From the NCBI RefSeq assembly GCF_001194135.2, contig NC_068984.1, forward strand, positions 376,823 to 430,554: a stretch of 53,732 nucleotides of DNA, given 5' to 3'. Positions 11,915 through 24,537 of this stretch are shown piece after piece. Below the pieces are notes generated by a model that ran no database searches, had not been told where the DNA came from, and saw nothing but the letters and a program-made list of their open reading frames with translations. Each line of letters starts with the position of its first letter. The first letter of the stretch is position 1. Origin of the DNA: Octopus bimaculoides. Taxonomy: Eukaryota. Position numbers and translations under genes: made by a program.

Positions 11915-13605
11915 AGTTAAATATTTTAAACAATGTTGCTAAATTGTATACAGTTAAAGTTTAGGATTATTCAAAGGATTATTAAGAAGAATATGATAAC
12001 AAAAGGATAGAAATTTATGAATACTTTTGAGTATATACCAAAACTTTTACCACAAGAGAAGGAGGAAAAGAAATTATCCAGAAATTATTCAGAAATAGTT
12101 TAATATTTATACATATTGTACACTTAAATACTAACTCATCAGATCTTATCTGTGAATATTGATTAATTGATATATTCTGGTATTAATAAATGAGTATTGA
12201 GGTAAAAGAACATACTAATTATATATTAATGAAATTATAATCTAAGCAGCTTTTTTTTATAAGTAGTAAATATACCAGTATAGTTTTATATAAGCTAAGT
12301 ATGAATTTATAGAGATATACAAAAATTAAATTAATTTTATAAATAAATAAAGGCTAATTATAAAATAATAAAGAAATAAAATAAAATAATCAAGTAGGGC
12401 AGAACACCATAGAAAAGGAATAAAATAGCTTAATTACTAATACTATGGTAAAGTATATGTAGCTTGTTAACACCAACAGAGAAGATTTATAGAAAAAGTA
12501 TAATAATTCAAAATATATTAGACTAAAAATTATATATTAATTTATTTAGCTAATATCAATAAAAGACTGATGTTTGCTATCAGTTAAAGGAATATTTAAG
12601 TTATGGAACATTCAAATCTTACACTAAACTTTATTAAAAACTAAGGGTTATATTATAGGTTTAAGAAGTTATTATTGTTACTCCCTACATGATATTTATA
12701 GTTTCCTAGTGGTACTTGTTTAGAAGGGTTATTTATATAAAGGCCCTTATAAATACTAAGATCAGGAAGGTAGAGCCATTTAAGAAAGGCATAAATCAAG
12801 TAATTTCTAAAGATCATTTCAAACAATATTGTCTAATTGTATAAAGTTAAAATTTAGGGTAAACAAGAAGATTATTAAGAATGAAATTTTAACAACAGAA
12901 TAAAACTTCTTTGAATATTTTGAGTATATACCAAATTTTTTACCACAATAGAGGGAGGAAACGAAAATTGCAAAGAAAATAGTTTAATATTTATTTACAT
13001 ATTACTTATCTGAATATTAACTTATTATATGGTTTCTATGGAGATTGATCAATTGGATTTAACTGGTATTTAATAAGGGAACAACTGAGGTTAAAGAACA
13101 TGTTAACTATATAATGATTTAATTACATTGAACTATTTTAAGTTGTTGAGATACCGGTATTACCTTATATACGCTGAGTATGATTTAATAGGGGTACAAA
13201 GATTAGATTTATTTAAGGCTACTATAAAATAATAATAATAATAATAATAAAATGACCAGTTAAGGTAGTGCATCATAGAAAAGGAATAAAGACAGCCTAA
13301 TCACTGAAACCATAATAAAATATCCCTACCTTATTAACTTCAATAGCAAATATTTATAGAAAATGTATAATAATTTAAGTATTATGAGCTAAAAATTGTT
13401 AATTAAACTTATTTAGCTTATTATAATCAGGACTGAAACCCGGTATTGGTTAAAAGAATAATTGTTGTTAAAAGGACATACTAATTATATACTAATATTA
13501 AATTAAGAGGTATAATATAGATTTTAAAAGTTATTTGTGTTAATCCATAAATAATATTACAGTTCCTTAGGGGTACTTAATTAGAAGATTTTAGGTATAA
13601 TTATA
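11915..13605 (+). pseudogene. Tandemly duplicated AT-rich decayed coding unit (two copies, period ~860-895 bp), family unknown
   Basis: Anchors 'ttttgagtatataccaaa' (12025/12918), 'catagaaaaggaataaa' (12408/13274) and 'gtt.c.tag.ggtactt' (12701/13562). A shared + frame with synonymous differences (EVKEH.NYI, LY.LSM) contains many stops. Confidence 0.6.
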
Positions 13606-13645
13606 CTGTCCATCTGTTCTAATTTAATTAAATTCTATGTCTTTG

Positions 13646-13732
13646 TGCAGCTGAGGATTGCTCCGCATTTTAAAGTGATGTAATGATTGCATTGTTCAAT
13701 TAAATGGAGTTGCTTGAAACGATCGTACTGCA
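13646..13732 (+). ncRNA. Type I hammerhead ribozyme motif with enlarged stem-loop II (base of stem II disrupted)
   Basis: TGCAG-CTGAGGA-ttgCTCCgcattt...aaatGGAGttgctt-GAAAC-GATC-GTA-CTGCA. 5-bp perfect stem I and palindromic loop III (CGATCG). Confidence 0.68.
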
Positions 13733-13833
13733 TTACCTCTGGATATCCTTGCTGCTCATTTTGATTTTAATCACCTTACTTTGAAATTGTATGGATAATA
13801 CCGTACTAAATTCTGGTGCCTCAACTTAAGTAC

Positions 13834-13834
<1 letters not shown>

Positions 13835-13886
<52 letters not shown>

Positions 13887-14045
13887 GTTTGTGTGTCTGT
13901 GTTTGCCTCCTCACCATTACTTGACAACCCGTGTTGTTGAGTTTATATCCTCGTAACCTAGCGGTTCAGCAAAAGAGATCTGGGGTCGATTGTTTTCGAC
14001 TAAAGGCGGTGCTCCAGCATGGCCGCAGTCAAATGACAAACAAAA
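13835..14045 (+). mobile_element. (CTAT)n followed by the 3' module of SINE family A
   Basis: 'cttgacaacc...ggggtcgatt...cgactaaaggcggtgctccagcatggccgcagtcaaatgac' is the reverse complement of the 4800/21975 module. Confidence 0.85.
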
Positions 14046-14261
14046 AAAGAATATATATATCGAAATTCTCATGTACACACACACAGACACACACACACAC
14101 ATACACATACACAGACACACACACATACACTCGCATAAACTATTTTTTTTTTACTAAAGCTGTAAAAACATCAGGTGATGTTTTCGCAGCTTTAATAAAA
14201 AAAGCATATTACTTCGCCTTTGGTATTCGACCACTATTTTTTTCCAACTTGCTTATGTGCT

Positions 14262-14266
<5 letters not shown>

Positions 14267-14335
<69 letters not shown>
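14267..14335. repeat. (TG)n microsatellite
   Basis: Direct. Confidence 0.97.
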
Positions 14336-14336
<1 letters not shown>

Positions 14337-15371
14337 ACATACCATGTACAGTTATAGCCAATAGCTAGGGGTCCGTTACTATTCAGTTTTTATAAACAAA
14401 CAAATTAATAAAAGCGAAGCCAAAAGTAGACGTTTCTTTATCTAGAATCTATCTTGCTGTTACAAGAAATTAGATTAAGATATTTCTAAAGGAATATTGT
14501 ATTTCATTAAAGATTCATGTATCTTATAACAAACCATAAACACACAGCTTATTTGATTAAATGTATACAAACTGCCTCTATTTATGTATCAAAAGTACAT
14601 TCCTTAGTATCTATCTATCTATCTATCTATCTATAGATATATATGTTAACAAATGCTACAAAACGTACACGTACAAGTATTAAGGTTCTGGCAGGTACCA
14701 GAACCCTAATACTTCATCAGTTATCGACCGAAACTGGTAACTTTCAGTTTCCAGATATACATTAAACCCCTCCCCAGATCCTCTGCTTTATCTTATGAAG
14801 TCGAACTACAGTTAAATAAAGGCCTCATGGTAATTAACTGATGTTATTGTTAGGAAATATAGTACAGGAAAACCCAAAGGCGGAGTCTTCAGATACATGT
14901 CAGCTCTAATTATACGTGACAAGACTCATTTATGGACTTGTGTCGTTCTGAAAACAAAAGTTGATTGTAATTCTCCAAAATTCACTTCAAATATTCAAAC
15001 AACAGCAGCACAGTTTTAAACCATCCCAAATAACAAAGTTGTAATGTCGAAATGTAATGTTATTAATGGTTGTGTATGTGGCAGAAGAGTTAATGGCAAC
15101 TACGTGATCACATATTTGAATGATATGACTGTTTTACTGTTATTGAATTAACTCTGTTAATGAATTAACAGATGGAAAAGAAAGGTTTTCATTTTGATGA
15201 TTTTCAAATGATTTTACGTGAAGATGTAAAACTTAATTTCATTTTGTTAATATACGCCAGACAAATTATAGACGACGGAGACGAGTATGGTTAAGTTAAA
15301 GTTGCCAGGGCCGAGGCCACAAAATGTAGAATTTCAATATCAATGTTGTATTAGCGAAAAGGCTACGAGTT

Positions 15372-15575
15372 GACAGAATTGTTACTGTGCCGATAAAAGA
15401 GCTAAACGGCATTTCTTCCGACTTTACGTTCTGCGTTCAAATGCTGCCGTGGTCAATTTCTCCTTTCATCCTTTCAGGATCGCTAAAATAAGTACCAGTT
15501 ATGCACTGGTGTCGATGTAATCGACTTTCCCTCTACTCAAAACTTGCTGGCATATTGCCAAAATTTGAAATCAAT
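15372..15575 (+). mobile_element. SINE family B copy
   Basis: 'gttcaaatgctgccgtggtcaatttctcctttcatcctttcaggatcgctaaaataagtaccagttatgcactggtgtcgatgtaatcgact'. Confidence 0.8.
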
Positions 15576-15984
15576 GTTGTATTAGTGAGTCTTCTTCACC
15601 GCTTTAGTGCCATAGTTAAATCTAAACTACCATATGAAATATTAATTTGTAATTATTGACTAACATCTACATGTGATAGGCGTGGGTTAATAGACTTCGG
15701 TCTTAGCCTGTAATACATGTCTAGTGTCAACATGTATAGTGTAGGGAATCACCAATATTTGTTGGCGATTCCCTACTCCTGACGGATGACAGCTTTGTGC
15801 CACTCAAGTGACAACCTCTTCCAACCCATGCGTCTGTTTTAGGTAGTCGTTGCAGCTGAGCGTTTTACGAGGTCGGAGTTCAAATTCTACCACAAGCACT
15901 TTTAGTCGCCTTTTACGACGCGCAGAGGAAACGATGGGCCTATTCTCTGGCATGGCGGTCTCCACCCAGCATCAGAGCAGCAAC

Positions 15985-16086
15985 GTGAAATGAAGTGTTT
16001 TGTTCAAAAACGTAACACGCTACTCTGACCGGGAATCGAATCTGCGATCTAGTGGTCGTAAATGCAACATCCCAACCACTAGGCTA
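15985..16086 (-). mobile_element. tRNA-derived SINE (family C) 5' part
   Basis: Minus strand has A-box-like TAGCCTAGTGG and B-box-like GATTCGATTCC, then 'gaacaaaacacttcatttcacgttgct', related to 40115-40340. Confidence 0.65.
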
Positions 16087-19000
16087 ATTATGTAAAGTAT
16101 TGTCGCTTAGTACATGTAGGATTTCAGGGTGTAATACATGTTGGTTGTCAGCATTTAAGGCATGTAGTGTAGCAGCGTGTTACATATGTAGAGTACCAGT
16201 GTTTAATGTAAGATGTCAATGTGTAACACAGATAAAACGCCAACTTTTAGCACATGTTGAGAGCTAAACCTACGGACGTTACCAGCTTGTAATACGTGCG
16301 GAATGTCAGACTGTAACAAATGTAGATGTCATCATGTACCACATGGTGGTAGTCTCCAATATCTTCTCCAGAGATCAACAGATTCTAATCAACATGTCGT
16401 CTGATATAAGATCGGAATCATTAATAGCGAGAGAGTTCCATGTTCTTTCTTTCTATCTATTACCAGCCCCATTCCAACCCGCAATATGGAAGAGTTGCAT
16501 TCATGAAAGTTTTACTGTAACGTAGAGTTCTGTTACGGATAATGTATTTTGCTCATTGATTCTCTATGACCTCAATGTAGTATGTAAGTCACTGAAAAGG
16601 AAAAAGAAAATGCCTCGCGTTACGGAACTATATGTTCCAACGAGATTTTCAGGAATGCAACGCGCCGGTAACACGGGAAATACATGTTTGTATTGAATAA
16701 AAGTGTTGCAGGAACTTGATCTTGCATGATTAGACTAAAATAAAACACATTTTTGGTTTTTCTCTTGGATCTTCAAGAAGAATCCATTTTGGGAAATACT
16801 TGTTTTAATTAACAACAAGAGGAATCCGTCGTAGAAATCACATTGTTCATTGGTTTAGTATAAATTGGCAAGTAGGTTATTCAAGCAGAAAAGTAACAAA
16901 CTTCGCAGCTGTTAAACTTTGGATAACTCTCAATAGAACATGAGAAAGTGTGGCGGCCAGTAGAGCTAATAATTGTAGAAAATGCTGTAAGATTAAAAAC
17001 AAGTAAGAAAAGGAAAGGGAGGAGGAGGAGGGGATGAGAAGCTGGCTGGTAAGTGAATTGTCTTGGATAATATGGTCAGTAGTTGCTGTCAGCCATCAGA
17101 TGGAATATTTCCTCTTGATGCACATTATGAAAATTGGTTGAAAGAGCAGCTCCTCAGGCCAGAAAACACAACTCAGTTATCATTTCGACCTGATAAAGGT
17201 CAAATATGTATACGAATGCTAGTGTTGTTGAGAAGATAGAGATTGCAGCATCTTTTCATATCTTTCAATGTTAAGAGCATGGATGGACTTCTGGGAACAC
17301 TTACCATTGTTTAAAGCATCAAGCACTTTGATGTTCAGACTTCGTTGAGTGCTTCGAATAGAAGCGATCGATTTTTGCCTTTTAGAGTTGTTAGAAGAAA
17401 CCAGATCTCTTTATCGAACCATTCCACCTTATGTTAAACTAGCAGAAGTAAAAAAGTTTCTTTTGTTATTCTGGTTATTATTTAAACGATCATTCTCTTT
17501 AGTTGGTTACATTAACAGACGTTTTAAGTAGTTTCTGTAGAAATCTAAATGGAAATACGTTCACAGAAGCGACTAATTAGATTTCAGTTGTAGTAAAAGT
17601 GTTCTACAATCACTATATTCTCATCATCAAATATAATAAACTAGTAAAACGTTGGCACGACTCGCTGCGTCTGTTTGATTGATTACACAAATCTCAACTC
17701 CGGGAACTGCCTCGCTATTATCTATTCGGGGTCTCCACCTTAGCTTATTTATCATCATTGTCTTAGCTTTCAATCAGTTATACGGATAAAATTCGTTATA
17801 CTGAAAACGAAATACAACCGAACTACATCGGTACATAGTAATTCCTATCATATATCGATATGTATATAATAGTGGAAAAATACTTTCACAGGTATATAAG
17901 AACACAATTTTAAATACTAATGTGTATATTCTAGTTTGTAGCGACCAAATAGATTCGCACATTTTTTTTTATTAGTTTGATCTTACTTTTAGCTGCTGAG
18001 TCTGAAGGAAGCGACAGGGTTCATGGTCTTCGTAGGCTCCCCAAGTTTGGTAGGAGAGACGTTATTGTTCTGTTGAAACTGTTGCAAGTCAACATCTGCA
18101 GGAAAGATAAGAGCAGAGGAAAGATAATTCCAGGGGGATTATGCTTCGGAGAGGAAGGACTAGGATTTGTAGTTAATGTGAGAGTAAGGTGACATTGGAT
18201 ACAGCTGGGTGACTCGATGTGGAGAGACGAGTGGATCGGGAAAGAGTTTCCTTGAGGAGAAAGTATGGAATCAATAAACTCCGAGGAAGAGAGATTATAG
18301 TAGTGATAGAAGAGAGAGAGAGAGAGGGGGGAGGGGGGAACATGCTTGTGGGACAGAGTTGTGCGTTGAATTATGATTGGATGTTAATCAAGTAAATAGC
18401 TCTTCTCTGGATATGCCCACGAAATTTGTGCGTGTAGCAGCAGCACTGTCTCACATGTGGCAGCAAAACTCACATACGGGCCTCAACTGAACTTTGTAGA
18501 GTTTCGGCAATTGTTGGCGACTGAAAAAAAGAGGCAGACCTTGAGATATGAAGAAGTAAGGATTGTGTCCACGGCTTTTCTAAACTCTTTTGAAATCATC
18601 GAGTTTGATGCCATTAAAGAACCGAATGACAACTGCAGGTAAAACATGCGCAGAGAAGGAATTGCAGACATTTGGTTTTCCGAAGGTCGAGAAATTGTGT
18701 TGTATAAATATTTTTTCTTTGTCAAAGTATGTGTGCGCTGAAGGTTTGTGTGCGCTGAAGGTTTGTGTACATAAAAATGTAAAATTGTTTGAAGATAATT
18801 TTGGTACATCTATCTCATGACTTTAAAAAATGTATTGACATGTTTTAATAACTGACGAAGAAAACCTTAAGCAACAGACCCCCACCACACTTGCATAAAT
18901 ATTATTTTAAAGGAAGCATACTAAAAATATTTCTCTTTCTTTAAAGGGAATGTTAATTAAATAAAGTTATCGAAACTCTTTTGGGTTTATGGAAATATTT

Positions 19001-19364
19001 GAGAAGTTTATCAAAAGAAAACTTATTGGAAATCTTATAAAATTTATTTAAAAAAAGTTCATTTAAAAATTCATAAAGATTTTCCTTGATAAAGTCCCTT
19101 TAAGATTTTAATATGCTTCCTTTAATAAAACACTTGTTCAGGAAAGGGGTTTTGTCGGTAGTGAGTTTGATATGTGTAGTGGGGATGGGTTACAGCGTTC
19201 CCCGTTTTCATATAAAACAAATCATGATTACAATCTAACAAGTAAAATATTTCAGTTCTTTGAACTATTTTTCTTCAGTTTGTTGTAATCTTCATTCTAT
19301 AAAACATAATCGAATATTTCTTAGTTTTATGCGATGAAATATATTAACAACAATAATACCATCG

Positions 19365-19580
19365 AATCGAATCGCTTACGCGTCGGACAAAATGCTTAGC
19401 GGAATTTCTTCGGTTCTTTAACTTCTGAGCTCAAATTCCATCGAAGTCAGCTGTACCTTCCTTCCTTCCTTTCGAGATCGATAAATTAAGTAAATTAAGT
19501 ACCAATTAAACACTGAGGTCGATGTAATCGAGTTATCACTCACTTAAAATTGCTGGTCTTGAGCTAAAATTAGAAACTTT
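19365..19580 (+). mobile_element. SINE family B copy
   Basis: 'caaaatgcttagcggaatttcttcgg...gatcgataaattaagta...cactgaggtcgatgtaatcga'. Confidence 0.78.
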
Positions 19581-19604
19581 TATTATTATATCTTTATATC
19601 ACAA

Positions 19605-20625
19605 GTTTTGGAACACCAGGAGTCTTGAATGCGTAGCGGGCATACTATCTGCAGTCCATGGTACCATGCTATTCGTTCTTTTCAGCTGATACTTTTCTGA
19701 TTATTCTGGTGTACCAAGGAAGCAAACCCTTTGTAACAGTTCTACTGGGCACTCTATTCCAATTTCATTTATATTCCTCTTGATACCTTCTGATACTGTT
19801 CTCAAGGACCCAGCAATAATTGGCACTATCTTCTTCTTCATTTTTCATAGCCAGGTTATTTCGTACTGAAGAGGGTTGTATCTATCTTTCTTTTTGCCTT
19901 CCTTCTTGATTATTCGTGGGTCAAACGGATATGCAACATCAACTGTATAACATATGTGGTGCACCCTGTCCACTACCACTAGGTCCGGTTTGTTATGCTC
20001 TAGCACCTGATCTGTTTGAAATGGGAAATTCAAGAGGATTTTGCTAGTCTCCGACTCTGCCACACTCTGCAGTTTATGCTCATAACACGTCTTGCCTCTC
20101 TCTAGCCCTCACTTTTTGTACAGTTTCCAATGAAGCACTTTTGCTACCTGATCGTGTCACCACATCTTGTAGTGAATTTGGGCAAGTCTAGCGCATTCGT
20201 TCGTGATATGGGCAATGGTTTCATCCATTACAGATGCGGCACAGCGGAGACACTCGCTCATTCCTAAGGCACACCCTCCAATTCGTGGCCAAAGCTTGGT
20301 CTTGCACCGCCAGTATAGTGTTCTCAGTCTCTTTTATTAGCGTTCCTTTCTTCAGACAACCCCACCTATTTTTTTTCTAATAACTTCTGTTGTGGTTACA
20401 TGGAATTGATTGTGTAGTCCCTTGTTGCGTAATTCTTCTTCGTGTACTTTCTGTACTTCTTCCTTCGTTTTCCCTTTTTTCACTGCTCTCAATACTCCCT
20501 CGTTCCTGTCACTAGCAAGGTTTCTTTACTTTGGGGTAGGTATCTCATTAAGCTCTCAAGTTCGATACGCACGCAGTCTTCCACACTTATCAGTCCCCTT
20601 CTTCCATTTGTTCTCTTCATGTATA
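19605..20625 (-). mobile_element. RLE-type non-LTR retrotransposon (R4/Dong-like) 3' remnant
   Basis: GLISVEDCV..., ETENTILAVQDQALAT..., CRIC zinc knuckle, ILLNFPFQTDQVLEHNKPDLVVVDR...TVDVAYPFD (PD-(D/E)xK nuclease). Confidence 0.85.
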
Positions 20626-20629
20626 GGCG

Positions 20630-21215
20630 ATTATTATTATTACTATTATTACTATTATTATTATTGTTATTATTATTCAGTAGTTTTATTTTTATCGCGT
20701 GCTTTCACTTCACTACCGAGCGCAGCTCTGTGTGCCTTGGGTATGTGCTGTGGTTTGTTGTGATGCTCTTTTCATCTGCTGGTATTGATACATCAATTAG
20801 AAAGCATTTTCTTTTCTTCATGATCTTTGACAACTGTATCTGGCCTATTGGCCTTAATTTCTCTATCTGTGTGTATTGGCATATCCCAGAGTATGGTTGC
20901 TTTCTCGTTTTCTGTGACCTTTTCTGGCGTGTGTTTATACCATCTTTTTTCTGTTGTTATTCCATAGTGTTGGCATAGCTTCCAGTGTATATAGGTCCCA
21001 GCTCTGTCGTGTCTGTGAATATATTCCTTCTTAGCTAGGACTGGGTAGCCAGAGATAATATGACTTATTGTTTCTTGTCGATCTCCACATATTCTACAGT
21101 TACTTGTTATGTTTCTTTTCATTATATGTTTTTGGTAATTTATGGTGGGGAGGCTTTGGTCTTGTGCAGCAATTAAAAATCCTTCAGTCTCTGCTTTGAG
21201 TCCTGAGCTTCTCAA
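20630..21215 (-). mobile_element. RLE-type LINE (R4/Dong-like) 3' remnant with (ATA)n tail
   Basis: ORF GLKAETEGFLIAAQDQSLPT...CRICGDRQETISHIISG...RHD...LWDMPIHTDREIKANRPD: CCHC knuckle plus RLE. Tail at 20630-20675. Confidence 0.92.
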
Positions 21216-21224
21216 CCATAGCTG

Positions 21225-21690
21225 GGATATTTCTCAAACGTTTAAAGGGATTCCCAAAGGAATCCCAACGAAACTCGGAGGTCAATCCATCCGCCCACCC
21301 GCCGACAACACCGGGGAGTTAAGTAACCTCAACTTTATCTTTTCTCTCAACTCGTTCCGGCCAAGATGGCAAATATTAGAGTGGGGTGCATAAATGTCCG
21401 TGGCCTGGAGTCGTCTTGGAAGCAAGATCGCTTGCTCAATGACCTCCAGTTGTTATGTTTGGATGTGATAGCCGTCAATGAGACCAGGCTTTCTCACACA
21501 CGCACACTAGCTCCCATTTTCGATTGCTTTGAGACTACGTATCACTTGGTCTGGAATGAAAGACGGGGTAGAGCTGGTGGTTAAGAAATACCTGGATCAC
21601 GAAGTGCGGACAATCTTCATGGACCTGAATGGTAAGTTGGCGGTCCTAGATGTGAGCAATAGCAAAGATTCTGCCTTTGCAAAGGGGTGC
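21225..21690 (+). mobile_element. L1/Tx1-clade LINE ORF2 AP-endonuclease N-terminal remnant
   Basis: MANIRVGCINVRGL...LDVIAVNETRL, then GVELVVKKYLD...DLNGKLAVLDV, matching the APE N-terminal NVRGL / QET / G.A.L motifs. Confidence 0.8.
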
Positions 21691-21964
21691 CACTCAGCAT
21701 TTTTGTTGAAAGGTGGGTGAATATAAACTTCACAGGTTAACATTTATATACTTAAGTTCCTCAGAAACTTTTTGGTCTCTATTTTCTTTGGAACTTAACC
21801 ATTCTTGTAAACTCTAGACTAATAGCCTTTCATTCTTCGTATTGCAAAGTGACGGCTAAACGGTTTTATGTTTGTTTTTGAAACTAAAACATTGCTTATT
21901 GTTTGCATTGGACACAAGAAAGTTTTCCCCATAGTTACAAACCTATTTATTTTTGAAGTTCACA

Positions 21965-22390
21965 GTTTTTACTCTTTTATTTGTTTGTCATTTGACTGTG
22001 GCCATGCTGGAGCACCGCCTTTAGTGGAGCAAATCGACCCCAGGACTTATTCTTTGTAAGCCTAGTACTTATTCTATCGGTCTCTTTTGCCGAACCGCTA
22101 AGTTACGGGGACGTAAACACACCAGCATCGGTTGTCAAGAGATGTTGGGGGACAAACACGGACACAGAAACATATACACGCACATACATACATACATACA
22201 TATATATATATATATACATACAAACAAACATACGACGGGCTTCTTTCAGTTTCCGTCTACCAAATCCACTCACAAGGCTTTGGTCGGCTTGAGGCTATAG
22301 TAGAAGACACTTTCCCAAATTGTCACGCAGTGAGACTGAACCTGGAACCATGTGGCTCGTAAGCAAGCTACTTACCACACAGCCACTCCT
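21965..22390 (-). mobile_element. Full-length bipartite SINE family A with internal microsatellite
   Basis: Same organisation as 4791-5291. Confidence 0.9.
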
Positions 22391-24537
22391 GTTTGAAATC
22401 AATTTGGATTATTTTTTCTTGCAAGGAAAATTTCAAATGATTGAACTATTTAACTTTATATTATCAGCGACAGAATCATGTATTAAATATAAAACATTAA
22501 CTTGTTCATTGCGCAATGTAAAATTATAATCCAAAAGAAATCGAACTTGACCATTGAGCATAAAACCCCCTGTAAATTCTTATTTACTTTTGCTCTTCAC
22601 GTTGTGGTCTTACCAGAACTTTGGTCATTCCATGAAACAGTGTCTCTCGAATATTTCTTATCTTTCCATTTTACCTCTCATAACGTGAAGTTAAACAGGC
22701 GTTTGTAGAATCCCTGTCCGTCAGTCAGTTCTTCAAAGCTATCACCTAAAGCCTTTAAATCTATTTCGATCTTTTGTGACAGTATTTAGCCATGGGCTCA
22801 TTTCCCTCATTTTCTTTGAAGTTTGCAATCAGTGCCTCATTTGTATTATTTGCCTGCAACGCAATGTGTCAGAATAAGTAAATGATTTTGTTAAATGCTT
22901 TCAAAGTAATTCATTTCTTTTTAGAGGCCTTTGTATTTTCTTTAAATTTCCATCTTTTAAATATACATCGAGAAAATACAGTAGAGATTGTTCTCATCAA
23001 AATATAAATCTGACTTCTTTCCTGTATCACAAACCTCCATGGCTTCCCAGTGTGTGTGATATTGTGGTGGTAGTTGATGTGAAATGTTTTGAATACGCTA
23101 CAATCTTTAGATCTAAATTTGAAGCACAGACACAAGTGTATTGGTAACACTATGATTATTTTAAGGAACAGTTTTCCGAAGATGTGGGACAACATTTTCT
23201 GACAGATATGCCTGTGTTTTCATCAATTGTTAATGCGTGAGAAATTTACTTATTGCATTTCTTCAAACATGTCGTTCTGAATAGCATAGTTGATAGTCTC
23301 CCTCAACTCAAATGCATAAGTATTACTTCTTCAACTGCCTGGGAGTTAAACACAACTTACCTTATGATCGTTAATGTGTTGAACTGAATACAAAGCGTTA
23401 TTCGTTTTCAGACCCAACAACACCTTGTCAATAAGAACTGTGATCTCTTCTGAGTTTCGTCGTTTCCCTTCTCGGTTAATCATTACTTTAAAAAACGTGG
23501 CTATGAACGTTAAAATGCGAAACTTTTTGTAGCAGGTAACGACGAAATTCTAAATAGGAAATTTTAAACAGCATCTTTATCGAGTTTACTTCTCAAAAAA
23601 GGCTTAAAAAATGTCAACTTTCTAAATACCAACCCAATTCTTTGCACTTGCAAAATTTCAAAGAATTTTTACTACAAATACAAGCAGCTTTAATTTCTGA
23701 GTCATCGCTAAATAATAACAGCCCCCCCCCCACACCACGTCTTTCTCCGAGCCAAAACATTCGTAGCCTCATGAGTTTTCGGTGCAGTTTCTACGATCTT
23801 ATGTTATTCACTTTTAAAGAAAATTACAGTTCTTTTGCACTTCTTGCCATTTACTTCATTGGAATCCGATATAATCAATCGATATGTTTTTTTTCTAATC
23901 AAACACTCGGAAGAAATATCTTCGTAAACTTTCCGAACATCGTCCACCAAACATGGCTGCCTTTATTTAAACTGGAACAGAAAGAGGTGAGATGATGTAA
24001 AGTAGAGATGTTCAAACGAGTCGTTTGTAAAACTAATTGATCGAAACTGTTCATTAAAAAATTATTTTCAGGAATTATAATTAGTAATTAATACTTTATT
24101 TTAGGCTACTACCATTTTGTGCTCACCTTAATTATCTTCGTGCACAGGTTTCAAAATCGATGCGCGTGAACACGAGCACAGCTTAGAAGGGACAATCTTT
24201 TCTTTTCTCTTCATCTATATTTTGTCCGTTGCATGTTCTAAGATAAAGATGGTGTGAAAAGAAGGAGGAAAAGAAAGATAAAACGTATAAGTCAGAAGTG
24301 TTCGACTGGAAGCAACATGCGTTCGACAGGTATTGGCATTTGACGATTCAATTCTGAGGTACAGAGGCCATTGTAGTAGCTGTAGAAATTCTTAGGAGGA
24401 GATACAACGCATCTGAGATAAGAGTAAGATGGGGATTGACTTAATGCCAATTAGACGATACATTGCTGCATATTTTGACACAAAAAATATTAAAATTGGC
24501 GCAAACACAAAAACACACAAATAGATATATACATATA

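Noticed and set aside
11900-13600. NUMT interpretation of the AT-rich tract
   Set aside because: No recognisable mitochondrial protein, rRNA or tRNA motif; TAA/TAG stops persist under the invertebrate mitochondrial code.
16531-16749. Possible solo LTR (TGTTAC...AATAAA...CA)
   Set aside because: No target-site duplication and no second copy in the window.
18397-18645. Open frame ending at a CAG|GTAAAA donor-like site
   Set aside because: No convincing acceptor or homology; may be a Tc1/mariner C-terminal relic.
18871-19158. Imperfect terminal inverted repeats (MITE-like)
   Set aside because: Only a ~24-bp core (ttaaaggaagcata.taaaa) matches and no target-site duplication is visible.
22540-23520. 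Possible Tc1/mariner relic on the minus strand
   Set aside because: Only vague similarity; no DDE/D or SPDL motif could be read.
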